Source of the DNA: Vitrella brassicaformis CCMP3155
Lineage: Eukaryota > Protista > Chromerida
Reading direction: 5' to 3'
DNA: 64,000 nucleotides
Assembly (NCBI GenBank): GCA_001179505.1
Contig: CDMY01000224.1
Span: 97,203 to 161,202 of the forward strand
Each line of letters starts with the position of its first letter. Positions within the stretch are counted from its first letter, which is position 1. Under the pieces are notes generated by a model. That model was not told the origin of the DNA and ran no database searches. It was given only the letters and a program-made list of their open reading frames with translations. The translations under genes were made by a program, and so were the position numbers. Positions 11,753 through 25,531 of the stretch are shown piece after piece.

Positions 11753-14700
11753 GCTGCTGCTACCGGAGCTGCAGCTGGCGCTGGTGCTGGTGCTCCGGCT
11801 GGTGCAGTCGTGTTGGTGTGGGTGGGTGGCGGTGGTGGTGGTGGGTTTCGAAGGAAGTTCTTGGCCCCTGGGATGGCGGCCTTGGGTCTGCCGTTGGCTG
11901 TCCCGGGTGGCTGGGACTGGGAGTACCTCTGCTGCAGCTGCTTGGCGTGTGTGCTGGTCTTGCGCTTCTTGAGGCACTCGATGATGAGCCCCTTGTCCAG
12001 CTCGCAGAAGGACGGCAAGCAGCTGATAACGTCGAAGTGCTCCGGCTCCAAAATGTACCGGAGAGCATGCTTCCTGTAGGGACACCACCGCCAACACAGA
12101 CACGTGCAGCAAGAGTCTTAAGAAAGATGGTTCATTCGTGTGTGTCGGTAGGCACGCACACACCGCACCTGAGTCGGGGTGCGGCGAGTTGGTCAGCGAG
12201 GTTGAAGATGGTGGCGGCCGTGTCGGGCGTGATGCCCTCGATCAACACACGCTCGCAACGCTTCTTGAGCTCACCCACAGCCAGCCTGACATACATAGAT
12301 GGCGACACACACAAGCATTGGGCGGGCGAGTGTGCTCACGTGAGGGTGTGTGTGTGTGTGTGTGGTGACGCCCTCACCCACCCATATATATACCTATCAG
12401 CGATGGGCATGAGTGCGAGTGCGTCCTGGACCGACTCGCCCCACCGGTCAGTGTAGAGGAACGCCAGCAGAGACGACATCTGCGACCCCGATATGTCCTG
12501 CGGGCCGTGCCGTGCAGCCACACATAACATACATACGTAGCCAGACCCACGTTTGTTGCGTTGTGTGTGCTGTGCTTACAGGCAAGTCCCACTGCCTCTG
12601 GTGTCTCTCGCGGAAGTCGCCGCCGATGAGCGCCATGAAGTACGCTGAACGGCTCGCGAGGATGCACCGGTGAGCTAGGAACACCTGACAAACGAACGAC
12701 AAACAGCGGGATCTCGACAGCGAGAGGGCTCCCTCCCCCCGGTGCAGGCAGCTCTTCCTTCGCTTTTCCTACCTACCTCGTCGGCTGTGACAATCTCTAC
12801 GTCAGCCGTTTCGTCTCCCCCCAGCAGCCACCCCAGGGCTCCCTCCAGCCCCATCGAAGACGACCAGTATTCCCGCACGTCCTCCTCATCCTCATCTACA
12901 CCCAAAGGCACCGGAGCCGGCGCCGACTGCGGTACATACCACTTTCCACCCCCACTCCGGGCTCCGCTCTTCCCGCCCAACGCGCCGCCGCTCTCCTTCA
13001 TCTCCTTCTTCTCCTTCACCTCTTCCTGCTGCTGCTGCTGCTCCTGCTGCTCCTGCTGCTGCTGGTCGTTGGCGAACGACAGGCGGAGAGGGATGCCCTT
13101 CCGCAGAGTGGTCCGGTAGGTCTCGCTGTCCAGGACCAATGCCATGCCGTCCGGCAGGAAGACCACACCCCACTGGCCGTCACTGTCAGATGGGCTTCCA
13201 TGCGGAGGCGATGGCGATGGCGATGGCGATGGCGACGGCGACGGAAAAGGGGAGGGGTCAGTCGGCAGCAGGGGCGAGCAGGGGACTAGTGGGGATGAAT
13301 CGACCGCTGCAGCAGCAGCAGCTGCTGCAGCTGCGGCTGCCTTTCTGAGGCCGACGGTGTCTCGCTGCTCCCTCTCCTCCTCCTGCTGCGCCAGCAGGCC
13401 CGACGAACCGATTGCCAGACCGCCCAGTCTACCCACACCGAAGTCGGGCTTCCTCGACACACCGTCGAACGCCGGCACCGGGAACATCGTGGGTCGCATT
13501 GCCTCTATATCAGGACCGCCATCCCACTCCTCAGCCTCACTCTCCTCGTCCTCCTCTGTCATCGTCTCCCTGGCCTTCCGACGGAGATCGCGGGCTATGT
13601 GGTACGCCGCAAGCGAGAAGGGCCGCCTGTGGTCGGCAGGCGAGCTGGGTGGCGCGTCAGAAGGGGAAAATGGGGCGCTGGGCGATGTCGGGTAGGAGGG
13701 GGAGTCGAGGAAGGATGTCGACAGAGCTGTGGGGTGGTGTGGGTCGGTGGATCGGTCTGCTGGGGCTGGTGGGGGGTCCCGACGCTGCCGCGATGCGCTC
13801 GACGGACGACCACGGCCTGAATGGACCACAGCAACAAAGAGAGAGCACTCATGTGGCCTGCCTTGGTGTGCATTGCATTACATGTGTGTGTCTCACTCAC
13901 TCATTTGCGTGGAGGATGTCGGGGCCTTTTCCGTCTCCTCAGGCTCCTCCTTCTCAAAGTTGTCCTTGTCCGTCAACTCGTCATCATCGGCTTCACGGGC
14001 CTCCTCCCTCTCTGAACCACCACCACCATCAGCAGCAGCAGTGCCCCCGCCCCCACTGCCGCCGTCTGCGCGTCGCGACCCTTCCTTGGTCTTGGTTCTG
14101 GTCTGCTGCGAGGGCGGCCCGAGGCTGGCGCCGAAGGGCGATGTGAGCCTGACGGTCTCCTTGACGAGCTTCTGTGTGTGTCGTTTGAGGGGTTTGATGG
14201 CGAAGTGTCTGGCAAGGTGGTAGAGCTGCAGGATGGTCTGCATGCGGTCCGACGACATGGTCAGGGGCGGCGACTCGCTCGGCAGCCGCAGGCGGTCCAG
14301 CCGGTCCGTGTAGAGGAAGTAGAGCAGCTCCTCAAACACCTCGGGCCGCAGACCCACGAAGTCCACCACCAGACCACCACCCATCGCATCGTTGCTGCTG
14401 CTGCTGCTGATGTTGTTGTTGTTGTTGTTGTTGCCGTTGGGGCTCATGCTCATGCCGATGCCGATGTCGCCCTTGTCGTCATCCGCCACTCCGCCCTCCT
14501 CCGCCTTGTCCCTCTCCTCTTTCTTCTGTGAGGGCTGCGAGCCCCCCGAGCCGAGCCTGCTGGTGTCCCACACGCGCTGCCTCCCACTGGCACGCACCGG
14601 ACGAGTGCCGAGTGGCGAGGGAGGGGGCAGGTCTGCCGCGTCGTGCTGGTAGGGGTGGGCACCGATGTGCAGAGTGGGCATGGGGGGGATCGGTGGAGTG

Positions 14701-17700
14701 CATCCCGCGGTGAGGTACTGGTAGAGGTGGGGGGCCCGTGCCTTGATGACGGACAGGTGTGCGGGGATGACTGTCGGGAGAGGTATGGGTGCGAGGGGTG
14801 AGCCTGTGGTAGTGTGTGAGGGGAAGATGCGGAAGGAGACGTCGCTGAGGGTCTCGGAGGTGAGCAGCCGGTGCATGTAGTCGGCGAGGGGCTCCTCAAC
14901 CTCCACTACCGCCAGGCAGTGCACACCGCCACAAGCTACCGACAGCACATTGCCGCCACCGAAACCTGCGCACCGCAGCTCACACCAGAGGGGAGGGAGG
15001 GAACATAACTACACACGTGGTTGAACGAATGAATGCATCGAATCAATCGGTGTGCTCGTGGGCTCGTGCGTACCGACCGTACGTACCGTCATTGATGAGT
15101 GCGGGTGTGGGGCGGTATCGGTATCCGCCTGGGTCAGTGGCGGGATCGAGAGCCTCACGGTAACCCAGCTGACCACAGGACGACGCACCCCAACTGAAAC
15201 AGACAGACAGACACGCACACGCGCGCACGGAGACCAGTTGGATGTGGTGTGCCCGTGTGCTGTGCTGTCTGAGTGTATTATTCTCAAATGCATCTGGACA
15301 GACCTGTAGACGTCTCCGTCCTGTGTGAGGGCGACGGTGTGTCCCTCGCCGCACGCCACACTGACTATGAACTCCTCCGCCTCTACCAGCGTCTCTGAAT
15401 GAACAAATCAAGCAGCCAGCATACCCACACACACCCCCACACACCCACACCCACAAGCAAGCACTGGCTAAGGTGCCCTGCCCCCATGGGATGGATGGGT
15501 GTGGTTCATTCCCTCACCTACCTACTACAATGGGGCTGACAACGACACGAATGCCGTCACGGTCACGCTTGATGCGATCATCCTGTGACATACAGACAAA
15601 CAACCCACAAGCCAACACACGCACACCATTCGTGTGTCCATCCATCGCTGGCTGTCTGCCCGTCCATCCATATATCGCTGTCCTGTCCTGTCCTGCGTAC
15701 CTACCGGTATCTCCCCCAGGCCACACTGGCCGCACGAGTCGGCCCCCCAGGCATACAGTCGGCCATTCTTGTCGACGGCCGTGGAGTGGCTATCGCCGCA
15801 CTTGACCAGCACGGCGTCCACCAGGTCGACGACCAGCTGCGGCGTCGGGATGTACGGACAGCCATCCTGGTCGAGCGGCAGCCAACCCAGCGGCCCGAAG
15901 TCGCCCAGAGGGGTCTTGGTGCGCACGTCAAGCGGGTAGATCTCCTCCTCCATATCGTCGGGGTCCTCCCCATCCTCCCCGCCTCCCTCGTTGCCGTCAC
16001 TGTCAGGCGAGTCGTTGGCCTCGGCGCCAGGCGTCCATGCGGGCGCCCCTGTGTCGGACGACTGCTGGGCGGGCGGCTGCTGGCTGTTGTTGTTGTTGTT
16101 GTTATTGTTGTTGTTGCCGTATAATCGCCGTTGCCGTTTGTCGCGTCTGTTGAGGATGTCGGCCCCCACCCCAAGCTGGCCGAAGTTGCCCCCGCCGAAT
16201 GAGTACACGAGGCCCGATTTGGTCAGGACCAGCGTGTGCACGTCGCCACACGAGGCATGCAGGGCGGTCAGGCCGTCCTGCTCGTCCGCCAATGGCTGGT
16301 AGCCGCTGCCACTGCCACTGCTGCCACTGCTGCGGAAGAAGTCAATCTGCCGTGGGATGGGCTGGAAGGGGTAGCCGTCTGAATGAAAACCATGCATGCC
16401 CACCACGCACACAATACAACCATATACAGAGGTATTCAGCAAGAGGTTAACGGGGCAAGTAAGTCTGCATCGCAGACCAGACCAGACCCACCATCGTCTC
16501 GCGGGAAGGTGGTCGTCTCAGGGTGTCCAAGCTGCCCACACGCACCCGCACCCCAGCTGAAGATCGAACCTGTACACACACAAACAACAGATAAGCCAGC
16601 CGCCACACACATTTGGCGGCTTTGTGACTGATGGATGGCTCGATGCTTGGTAGCCATTTTCTGTCTGTCTGTACCTGTCTTGGTGACGGCGACGGTGTGT
16701 GCCTTGCCGCAGGCCACCTGTATGACCACTTGCGGGAAGAGGTGCTCGACGGCCCGCGGGACGGGCTGGAAGGGGCAGTTGTCCTCGTCCTTGGGCATCT
16801 TGCCCGTCTCCGACAAACCCAGCTGACCACACCCACCACCTAGTAGACCACCACACGTCACACACAGATGTGATGATAGACACACGAATGCATTGCGCGT
16901 GCATGCGTGTGTGTGTCAATGCTGACCTCCCCAGCTATAGACGACTCCCTCCATGGTCAGCGCCACCGTGTGCGCGTCGCCGCACGCTACGAACGTCACG
17001 AATCGGTTGAGCCGGACGAGCGTCTCGACCAGCAGAGGCCCAGGGAGGTAAGGGTACCCCTCCTGGTCTCTAGGCCTTTAAGAAGAGCCAAGTAAGCAAG
17101 CAAGGCAAACATACATAAGGCAGCTGCTCGCTACTCTGTTTGACATCTGCCGTCGTCTGTCTCTGTCTCTCCCTTTGTTTACTTACATGTTGTAGGTGTC
17201 CTCTAAGCCGAGCTGTCCACACGCACTCGCACCCCAGGTGTACAGCCGCCCGTCGCTCGTCACTGCTGCCGTGTGGCCGTCACCTCCGCTGATCTGACGC
17301 ACCACCGGCGCCGCACGGTGAGGAGGCCGACGCAACAACCACTCAGCGACCTTCTCCTCTCCGGCACCCTCCCCCTGCCCCTGTTCTTCACCCTGATTAT
17401 TGCCGTCGGTACCACCCTGCGCACTTGCCGCAGCAGCAGCAGCGGTGGCCTCGCCCTGGTCTTGCGCATGCGGGGCCTGTGCGTCGTCATTGTTGTCGTC
17501 GTCAGCGTCCTCTGTGTCTTCGTTGTTGTTGTCTTGTCTCGCGTTGTCCTGGTCGGGGACGGACGGCGGGGGGCTGTCGGGGTCGAAGTGGCGGGGGTCG
17601 ACGCCGTGTGGGGTGGGCTGGAAGGGGTACCCGTCTGAACCACACACACACACACACGCGGAGGGTGTGTGCAGTCTAGGAGGACAGCTACATTGCCACC

Positions 17701-18002
17701 GTTTCGCGCCATACCTGGGTCTCGCGCCAGCCTGACGGTGCCGTAGCCGAGCTGACCCATCTCGCCACTGCCCCTGAGCCAACGCACACACGCGCCGGCA
17801 GACACGAACGAAATGAACATGTATTCACGGTGGTTCACTCTGCATGTCTGTCTGCATGTGCCTCGTGGCGCTATCCTGCCCGCCTCGCTTTCTGCCTCTG
17901 CGCACGCTGCTGCCTTGGGGAGTGCCGTGATTCAACGTACCACGAGCAAATGACGCCGCCTCGCGGTCGCTTCCCCGCTTCATGGTAGCTGCCGCCCAGC
18001 AT
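10864..18002 (-). CDS. RCC1-repeat protein with two BTB/POZ domains (plus BACK-like helices) and a low-complexity tail
   Basis: ATG at 18002 splices to ICSWGSGEMGQLG. RCC1 blades include QISGGDGHTAAVTSDGRLYTWGASACGQLG, QVACGKAHTVAVT, ASCGDVHTLVLTKSGLVYSFGGGNFGQLG and VKCGDSHSTAVDKNGRLYAWGADSCGQCGLG. BTB1: LSDVSF..IPAHLSVIKARAP..LLYFLYTD. BTB2: ADVEI..FLAHRCILASRSAYF..LLAFLYTD..LKKRCE. Confidence 0.85.
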
Positions 18003-18247
18003 GCTATGCTCCCAATCGAATGGACGAGGAGTCAGTCAACAGGCAAGTGCTGTATTTGCGCCATTTCTTGCTAAGAACAGAAGAGGAACAGCGTTACGCC
18101 GACCTCTTGTCCCCTTCTGCAATCGCTTCAAGCTCGCAGACGAAACTGGCCTTCGAAGAAAAGTGCCTTCTCCGCTCCCATGCGCGTCCGCTGGTGCTGC
18201 TGAATGACATCTGCCTGGCGGGAAAGCTAAGATCTTAAAAGATCTGA

Positions 18248-20681
18248 ATGTTTATTCATAGAGGAGCCGCTGCGTGCGCCGCGCTGCTTCTCGCCCTCTC
18301 CCTGCCCTTCCCACCATGTCAAGCGACCCGCCCACTGCGCCGCCAGACGTCATGCCTCGGCTTCGCCCCCTGCGTCACACCGTCTTCGCCCAGGCGCCAC
18401 CTGTCAGCATCAGTACGGCCGAGGAGGCCTCTGTTATCGATGTCGGCCACTGCCGTCATAGATGCGCCGCCAGAAGAGGCAGAGCAGAGGGCGGCGCCAC
18501 CCATCCCAGCGCGCGACAAGCCCACAGGTCTTCCCCTTTCTCTGGTGGTTGGCAATGAGCCGATCAAGATAGCCCTCCTGCTGGCGGCGGTCAACCCCCT
18601 GATGGGCGGCGTGGCTATCGGCGGCCGCCGGGGGACGGGCAAGAGCGTCATGGCCAGGGGGCTGCATCGGATCCTGCCTCCGTTGGAGGTGGTCAAGGGC
18701 AGCTCCTTCAACATCGACCCCAACAAGCCCGAGGAGGTGGATGATTTCCTCAAGGAGCAGCTGGCGGCGGAGAACAAGACGCTGGACCAGCTGGACAAGG
18801 ACATCATCCCGACGCCCTTCGTGCAGGTGCCGCTTAACGTCATGGAGGACCGCCTGGTGGGCTCGGTCGACGTCGAGGAGTCGGTCAAGCAGGGCAAGCC
18901 CGTCTTCGCGCCAGGCCTGCTTGCACGCGCACATCGGGGGGTGCTCTACGTCGACGACCTCAACCTGCTCGATCCCGAGCTGGCCAACATCCTCCTGTCG
19001 GTCATCTCGGACGGCTGGGTGCAGGTGGAGCGAGAGGGCATTTCTGTGCGGTACCCGTGTCGCCCTCTGATCGTCGCGACATTCAACCCGGAAGAGTCGG
19101 AGATGCGCGAGCACCTGCTGGACCGGCTGGCTGTGAGTCTGTCGGTGGACGCCACGCCGCTGACCGACTTGGAGAGGGTGCAGGCCGTCGAGGGGGTGCT
19201 CAAGTTCGGCAACTCCAAGCACAATGAGCAGATGCTCAGGGAGGCCGAGGAGGAAGAGGACGAGCTCAGGACCAGAATCATATTCAGGTGGGTGCATTCA
19301 TGACAATGACACACACATGCTGACTGACTGACCAGTCAGTCCATCGGATGGATCACTCGTGTGTCTTTGTGTCCTGTCTGTCAGTCGCGAGTACCTAAAG
19401 CGCGTCAAGTGCACTCACGACCAGATCAAGTACCTCTGCGAGGAGGCCGTCCGTGCCGGCGTGCAGGGCCAGCGCGCTGAGATCTTCGCCTGTGAGGTCG
19501 CCCGCGCATCGGCGGCCCTCGACAACCGCGACAGCGTCACATCCGATGACCTCAAGCTCGCCGTCAAGCTGGTCATCGCCCCTCGTGGCGTGTTCCTGCA
19601 GCAGCCGGAGAACATGATGCAGCCGCCGCCCCCTCCGCCCCCGCCCCCCCAGCAGGACACGTCTGATGAGGACACCGAGGAGGACAAGAAGGAGGACGAG
19701 AAGGACGAGGATGAGAAGGAGGAGGACCAGATGCCCGAGATCCCGCAGGAGTTCATGTTTGACGCAGAGGGGACGCCCATTGACGAGGAGCTCATCAACT
19801 TCGTCACCAAGCAGCAGAAGGGCAAGAGCGGCGGCAGGGGGCTCATCTTCAGCCAGGACAGGGGCAGGTACATCAAACCCATGTTCCCAAAGGGCAAGGT
19901 CAGGCGGCTCGCTGTCGACGCGACCATGCGGGCGGCCGCCCCCTACCAGCGGCCGAGGCGGCAGCGGGCTCTGAAGGACGACAAGAAGCGCTTCACCAGC
20001 AGCGGCAGGGAGAGGAAGGTCTTCATCGAGGAGGCTGACGTGAGGGTCAAGCGCATGGCCAGGAAGGCCGGCGCGCTCATCGTCTTTGTCGTCGACGCGA
20101 GCGGCTCCATGGCCCTCAACCGCATGAACGCAGCCAAGGGCGCGGCCATCTCTCTATTGTCCAAGGCGTATGAGAGCCGCGACAAGATCTCCCTCATCAC
20201 GTTCCAGGGCACCGACGCAGAGGTGCTGCTGCCGCCGACCCGGTCGATCGCCATGGCCAAGCGGCGGCTGGAGACGATGCCGTGTGGTGGCGGCTCCCCG
20301 CTGGCGCACGCCATCAACGTGGCCGTCAAGACGGGCATCAACGCGCAGAAGAGTGGCGACGTGGGCAAGGTGGTGATAGTGTGCATCAGCGACGGGCGGG
20401 CCAACGTGGGTCTCAACGAGAGTGTGGAGAAGGGGAGGGTCACTGAGAGCGAGAAGCTGGACAAGGAGGCTATGAAGGCCGAGGTGCTCGACACAGCCAG
20501 GGCGCTGCAGGGGCTGCCCAACTTCCACCTGGTGATGCTCGACATGGAGAACAAGTTTGTGTCGACGGGGCTGGCCAAGGAGGTGGCCGAGGCGGCGGGG
20601 GGGAGGTACTACCAGGTGCCCAAGGCAACGGAGCGCTCTGTTACCGATGTCGCCGTCGGCGCACTGGCTATGGCCAGGTGA
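18248..20681 (+). CDS. chlD: Magnesium-protoporphyrin IX chelatase subunit D, nuclear-encoded and plastid-targeted; 2 exons (18248-19287, 19385-20681)
   Basis: AAA+ module with LPLSLVVGNEPIK, GGRRGTGKS, PGLLARAHRGVLYVDDLNLLD and HLLDR; Pro/acidic linker; vWA domain with FVVDASGSMALNRM MIDAS. The N-terminus is a hydrophobic signal peptide followed by an S/R/P-rich transit-like stretch. The intron joins IFS|REYLK in frame. Confidence 0.95.
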
Positions 20682-21067
20682 TCGATGGCTGGCCGAATGG
20701 ATGAGGGCATGCTTGGGTGAGGGGCAACCATCTGGCAATGCAGAAGGTGTGGGACGGTGCTATAATTGCGTTGCGTGTGTGCATGGTCATGTGTATGTAT
20801 GTATTTTTGATGGATGATACATGCATGATCGATTGTGCCTGCCGACGTGTCGAAGATTGTTGTGTGGCTGTCTATTGATAAGGATTCCATGAATGAGGGT
20901 TGGTCGATATCCCATGCAAACAGCGGAAAGAAAGTTCCATACGCAACCCATTTGCGAAGCTTTCCGCCTTCGGGTCGCCTCGAAACTGACGGAACGGAAC
21001 AACACTTTTGAAGCCGATTCCGCCTTGCGAAGGCGTTGCAGGCGAGTCTGACCTTCGTCAAGATCCG

Positions 21068-22730
21068 ATGACATTGTCAAAAGCAGCGGTGCGGTGTCCT
21101 TCGTGCGTGTTGCTGGCGGGGCTGTTCATAGGCATTGGCTGGGTTGCGGTGCCCTCCCTCCTCCTCGCACTCCGCCCGGCAGGGCTGCACGTGTGCGATC
21201 ACACCAACACCAACACATCTGCACTGCATCAGCACACGGCAACCCATGGCAACTTCACTCTCGTGGCTGGGAGGCGCTTCCGGCTGCTGCAGGCCAGCCG
21301 GTGTGGATCTGCTGAGCTGCTGAGAGGGGCGGAGGTGGTGCTCGTCTCTCTGTCGGCTATGCGGCCACTGAGTGAGGATGATCTGGTGCGGACGGCACTC
21401 CAGCCGGAGAAAGATGCTGGGAAGGAGGAATGTCTGTTCCCTCTTGCCAGAGTTGAGGCGGACCAAGAGGAGTGCAGCGTCTGCCTTGACCGTCTGGAGC
21501 CTGTTCACACCATCCTACCGCCCTCATCCGTTCCCCCCAGTGGCTGCATCCCCGTCAGAATGAAGGGCCTACAGTCCCTCATGCCGGCCGGGCAATGGAC
21601 ACCCGCATTCTTGCGGAGGCTCGGCGCCGCCCGCAATGTGACGCTCGACGCCTTCTCTGAGCCCTCCAGTGTCAATGGGAGCACTAAACTGGACATCCAG
21701 CGGGCAATCACACTGGATCAGGCGTTCTCTGCAGGGAACGGCACACACGAGGGCGGCGGGGGCAGGTGGCTGGACGTGCGGGAGGACATTGAGGTGTTCA
21801 ATCAGCTGCCCGGGCTGCGAAGACACCTGCACTGGCGACTTGCAATGCCGACGGTGAGTGACTGGCCACACAATGAAGAGAGGAAGAGAATTCGCGGTCG
21901 ATTGGCTGTCATTCCTTTCAGCATTTTGCTGCTTCTCTGGTGGAGTATCTGTGGATCGCCCCCAAGGGTTCCATCACCCCACTGCACATGGACCTGGCCG
22001 CCCCACACATATTCCACTACATCATCGCCGGCAAGAAGACCTTCTGGCTGTACCCCTACTCGCAGTCGGATCTCCTCACTCCCACCGGCACCATGCCACT
22101 CGACGGCGCCCTCTACTCCAATATGGTTCCTCATGATGCGCCGGCTAACAACGGATCGGCAGATGTGTCTGTCGTTCCGTCGTCGGCAGCGCCACTGAAA
22201 ATCACTCTCAGGTGGACGGGGCGAGAGTGGGAGGTGTTCTTTGGTATCGCCCCTGCCTATGTGTGTGTGTCGGCGCTGTGTGTGTCCACAGTGCCGGTGA
22301 GAGTTTGTACATTCCCTGGGGCTGGTGGCATTACGTCCACTACGACCAGGACTCCCTATCGGTCGGCGACACACACATCCACTGACACCTCTCATACACA
22401 CATCATATGATGCAGGCGATCCTCTGTCTGCTGGTGTGTTCAGGTGAATGTGGTCGGTTTCGATTCGGACGTGCGCACGTCGGTGTGGTATAGCGTGTTG
22501 GCGGTGGGTGTGGTGCTGCAGGGCATCAAGGCCTTGTGTGCCGGCGACTGGGCCACTGTCTCGTACTGCTCTCACTGGCACCCGACTACCTGCGGATCAT
22601 CAGTGTGTAGGACGGGATGGGACCGATGGTTGGATGGGGGTGTGTGCACTTTTGGACCTTGTATGTCCGTCTGTACGTGTCGATACACACATGGACTCAT
22701 TCATGGAGGTGAGACATGGGGCAATTGACA
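21068..22730 (+). CDS. JmjC/cupin-like 2-oxoglutarate oxygenase with an N-terminal hydrophobic anchor
   Basis: YLWIAPKGSITPLHMD...GKKTFWLYP and a later exon YIPWGWWHYV supply the HxD...H iron ligands. The N-terminus VLLAGLFIGIGWVAVPSLLLAL is hydrophobic. 3' end approximate. Confidence 0.75.
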
Positions 22731-22860
22731 TGGATTGGGTCAAAATTGTCTGTCCATCGGTCTGTCAGTGTGTTGATCAATCGGCTGTGCTGTCTGTGTT
22801 TGGGTCTTCCTTCGGTTTGTCTGTCTGTGCGGTTTGTCTGTGTGTCACTCGGTCCCTCTC

Positions 22861-25379
22861 TCACGAGAAGATGAGAATGCCGGGGTGGACGCGGAGGCAA
22901 GACAGCACCACCCGCAGCACACCGCTCTCATCCACAAAGTGCAGCAACGCCGCCTCATCTGCACCGCACACAAAGCGACAATGCCACAGACACTAAGGGA
23001 GAGACATCCCTCTCGGCTCACCTTTGAAGGCGAATCGGCAGAAGGGCTCCACCGAACGCGTCATCGAAAACGACTCAACCTGACACAGACAGACACAGAG
23101 AGAGAGAGAGGGATGTGCATGTCTCTCTCTGTATGTCATCTTTACTCTCCCTCACCTTCTTGATGACGTTGCGCCGTTCGTCAGCCGGGTGTACGAGTGT
23201 GATGTCGAAGCTGATGCGATACGTCGCCTCGTCCTCTGGCACACCGCCATCGCCACACCTGGCCTTCTTCTGATCATCCACACATGACAGGGCACACAGG
23301 GAGAGAGAGACATGGGTGTTGTTTTCCGCTGTCTTGTGGTTGCGTACAGTGATTGGGTCGTTGTGGTCGTGCGAGTCCTCAAGCCCACGCAGCTGGCGCT
23401 TGTTGTCACTCACTGCGTACACACACGCCGACACGTACCCATGGAACACTCAACTGTCGGCCGGCTGACCTACCGGTGTGTTGGTGGTGTGTGGAGGATG
23501 ACTGCTGTGCGGCGATGAGATGATAGAAGATGCTGCTCACGTCGGCAGGGCCCTTGGTGTTGGGCGTGCTCTGCGACGCACTCACTGGCGAACGAGCAGG
23601 TGTCTTGACAGGTACCTTCACACACACAGAGAAAAGATGTGGGGTGGGGTCCTGCCACTTCCTTTGTTCCCTCCTCACCGTCTGTCGTGGGGTCCGGGCA
23701 GGCATGGTGTTGTCCTGTGTCGCCGCCCGCTGATGGTACGAGACATGATGCAGCGACACCCTGGACACAACACACAACACACGCATTCTTCGCAGGCAGC
23801 CCATCGACACATCATCCGTCTCTCTGGCTGCAGAGTGGTCACCTACTTGAGCGACAGTGGGTTCTCTTCGATGAGTAGCGATGCAAACCAGGAATGGCCG
23901 GACAGCTGGAATCGAGGAGACAGGATCAGATTGGCTGCACATGCACAGACATATCAGTCTTGCAATGATGTCTCTCCACGCCATCCCACCCCCGCACAGA
24001 CTTGTTTGTGCTTTGGTGAAGACATCGCCGATCTCCCACAGCACGTATCCCTCCTGCTGCTGAGGGGAGGGCGACGGGGGCGGCGGCAGACGGGCGGCAG
24101 CAGCACTCGCAGACGTGCTCTCGCGCTGCACCTCCTCAACCCTGTGTCACACACAGACACAGATGGGCCCATTCCCGCTGTCCTCAATGTTCGTGTTCGT
24201 TGACTTGTTGATTTTGGCTTCGAGTGTTTGGATTCTGTCTTTGTGTTTGATGAGCATGTCCTTGTAACACTCCGACGCGTGCGCCTCGAGCGACACAGCC
24301 TCAACCAACCTGACGACACAAACGACACAGCAACGGACACATGGGGGCCCTGTCTGTGTGTGTGTGCGTGTGCGTGTGCGTGTGCGTGTGGGTGAGTGGA
24401 GGTGTATGTGCTTCACTCACTCAATTGCACTCACTTGCCACAGAATCTGCATTTCTTGCGCTGATAGGGACACTTGGCGATGTGGTAGTGATAATCGCCG
24501 CGAGGTATGGCCTTGGGGCAACCGGCATTCACACACTTGAGCAACTCAAAGTCCTGCACGTGGACACCACAGACCAGCCAGCGAGACGACCTCTCGTCTG
24601 CAATGTGTCAAGATGCACACACATTGCCCGCCCGCCTCACGCATTTGTTGAGGTGTGCGGCATAGTCACTGTAGGCACCCTTCCTGCGTGTGAAATAAGT
24701 AAGGCCATGTGTGTGTGGTTTCGTTTGTGCGTGTGTGTGAGGACCATTCGCAGCCGGTTCGTGTCTTGGTCTGTGTATTGGATGCGGCGCTCTCAAACGC
24801 CACACGGTCGTCTGAGAGAGATGAAACAAAGAAAATACATAAAACATGAGAGCTATTGTGGTATTTCTTCCCCATCGACAGACCGTAGTGTCTGCAGGAA
24901 GGTCACATACAAACACCACGCCAATGCCAATGAGATGAGATCGTGTCTTTCGTCCTTTGCTGGCCTTCCTTCGTCCATCTGACTGACTGACTTGCACTTG
25001 AGGTTGATTTTGCCTATCATGCGATACAGCAGACGGTTGGCCTGCTCCAGCGGCTGCACACACGACGCACCCGTCAGCATCTTCTGGCACGTTGGACACG
25101 AGCGAGACCTGCGGGACACACACACGACAGACAGACACACATGCACTGAAAAGCACTTCCTTTCAGTTGTTCAGGTCTTGCCGACCGTGCGAGCCATCTC
25201 TCGAGGCATGAGCGGCAGTAGATGTGTTCGCACTCGGTGATGACGGGCACCCACACGAGCCACGAGCAGATGGAGCACCGCATCTCGTCGCTGATGAAGG
25301 TGCCGCCGACGTTGGCCAGCAGCTCGTCGGGGATGCCCTGGCACGGCTGCTCAAACAACTCGCCACCGCCAGACGACAT
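22861..25379 (-). CDS. TRAF-like E3 ligase: RING, TRAF-type zinc fingers, coiled coil and MATH-like domain
   Basis: RING: CSICSWLVWVPVITECEHIYCRSCLERW..CPTCQK. Zinc-finger exons: AYSDYAAHLNKC and KCVNAGCPKAIPRGDYHYHIAKCPYQRKKCRFC. MATH-like segments: GYVLWEIGDVF, YRISFDITLVHPADERRNV and LHFVDESGVLRVVL. Confidence 0.7.
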
Positions 25380-25531
25380 CGTTGTGCACGAGGAACGAAG
25401 CAGCAAAGCAATGAATGAAATGAATGTAAACTCGCTCGAGTTTCACGGAACGGCGATGCGCTTCGGCCGGTCACGTACCTACAGTGCCATGATGAATAGA
25501 TAAAGCCAGGAGATCTGGTTGGCTGCGGACC

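Noticed and set aside
18319-20738. Long antisense and alternate-frame ORFs over chlD and other GC-rich exons
   Set aside because: Shadow ORFs expected from high GC3 codon bias, with no recognisable motifs.
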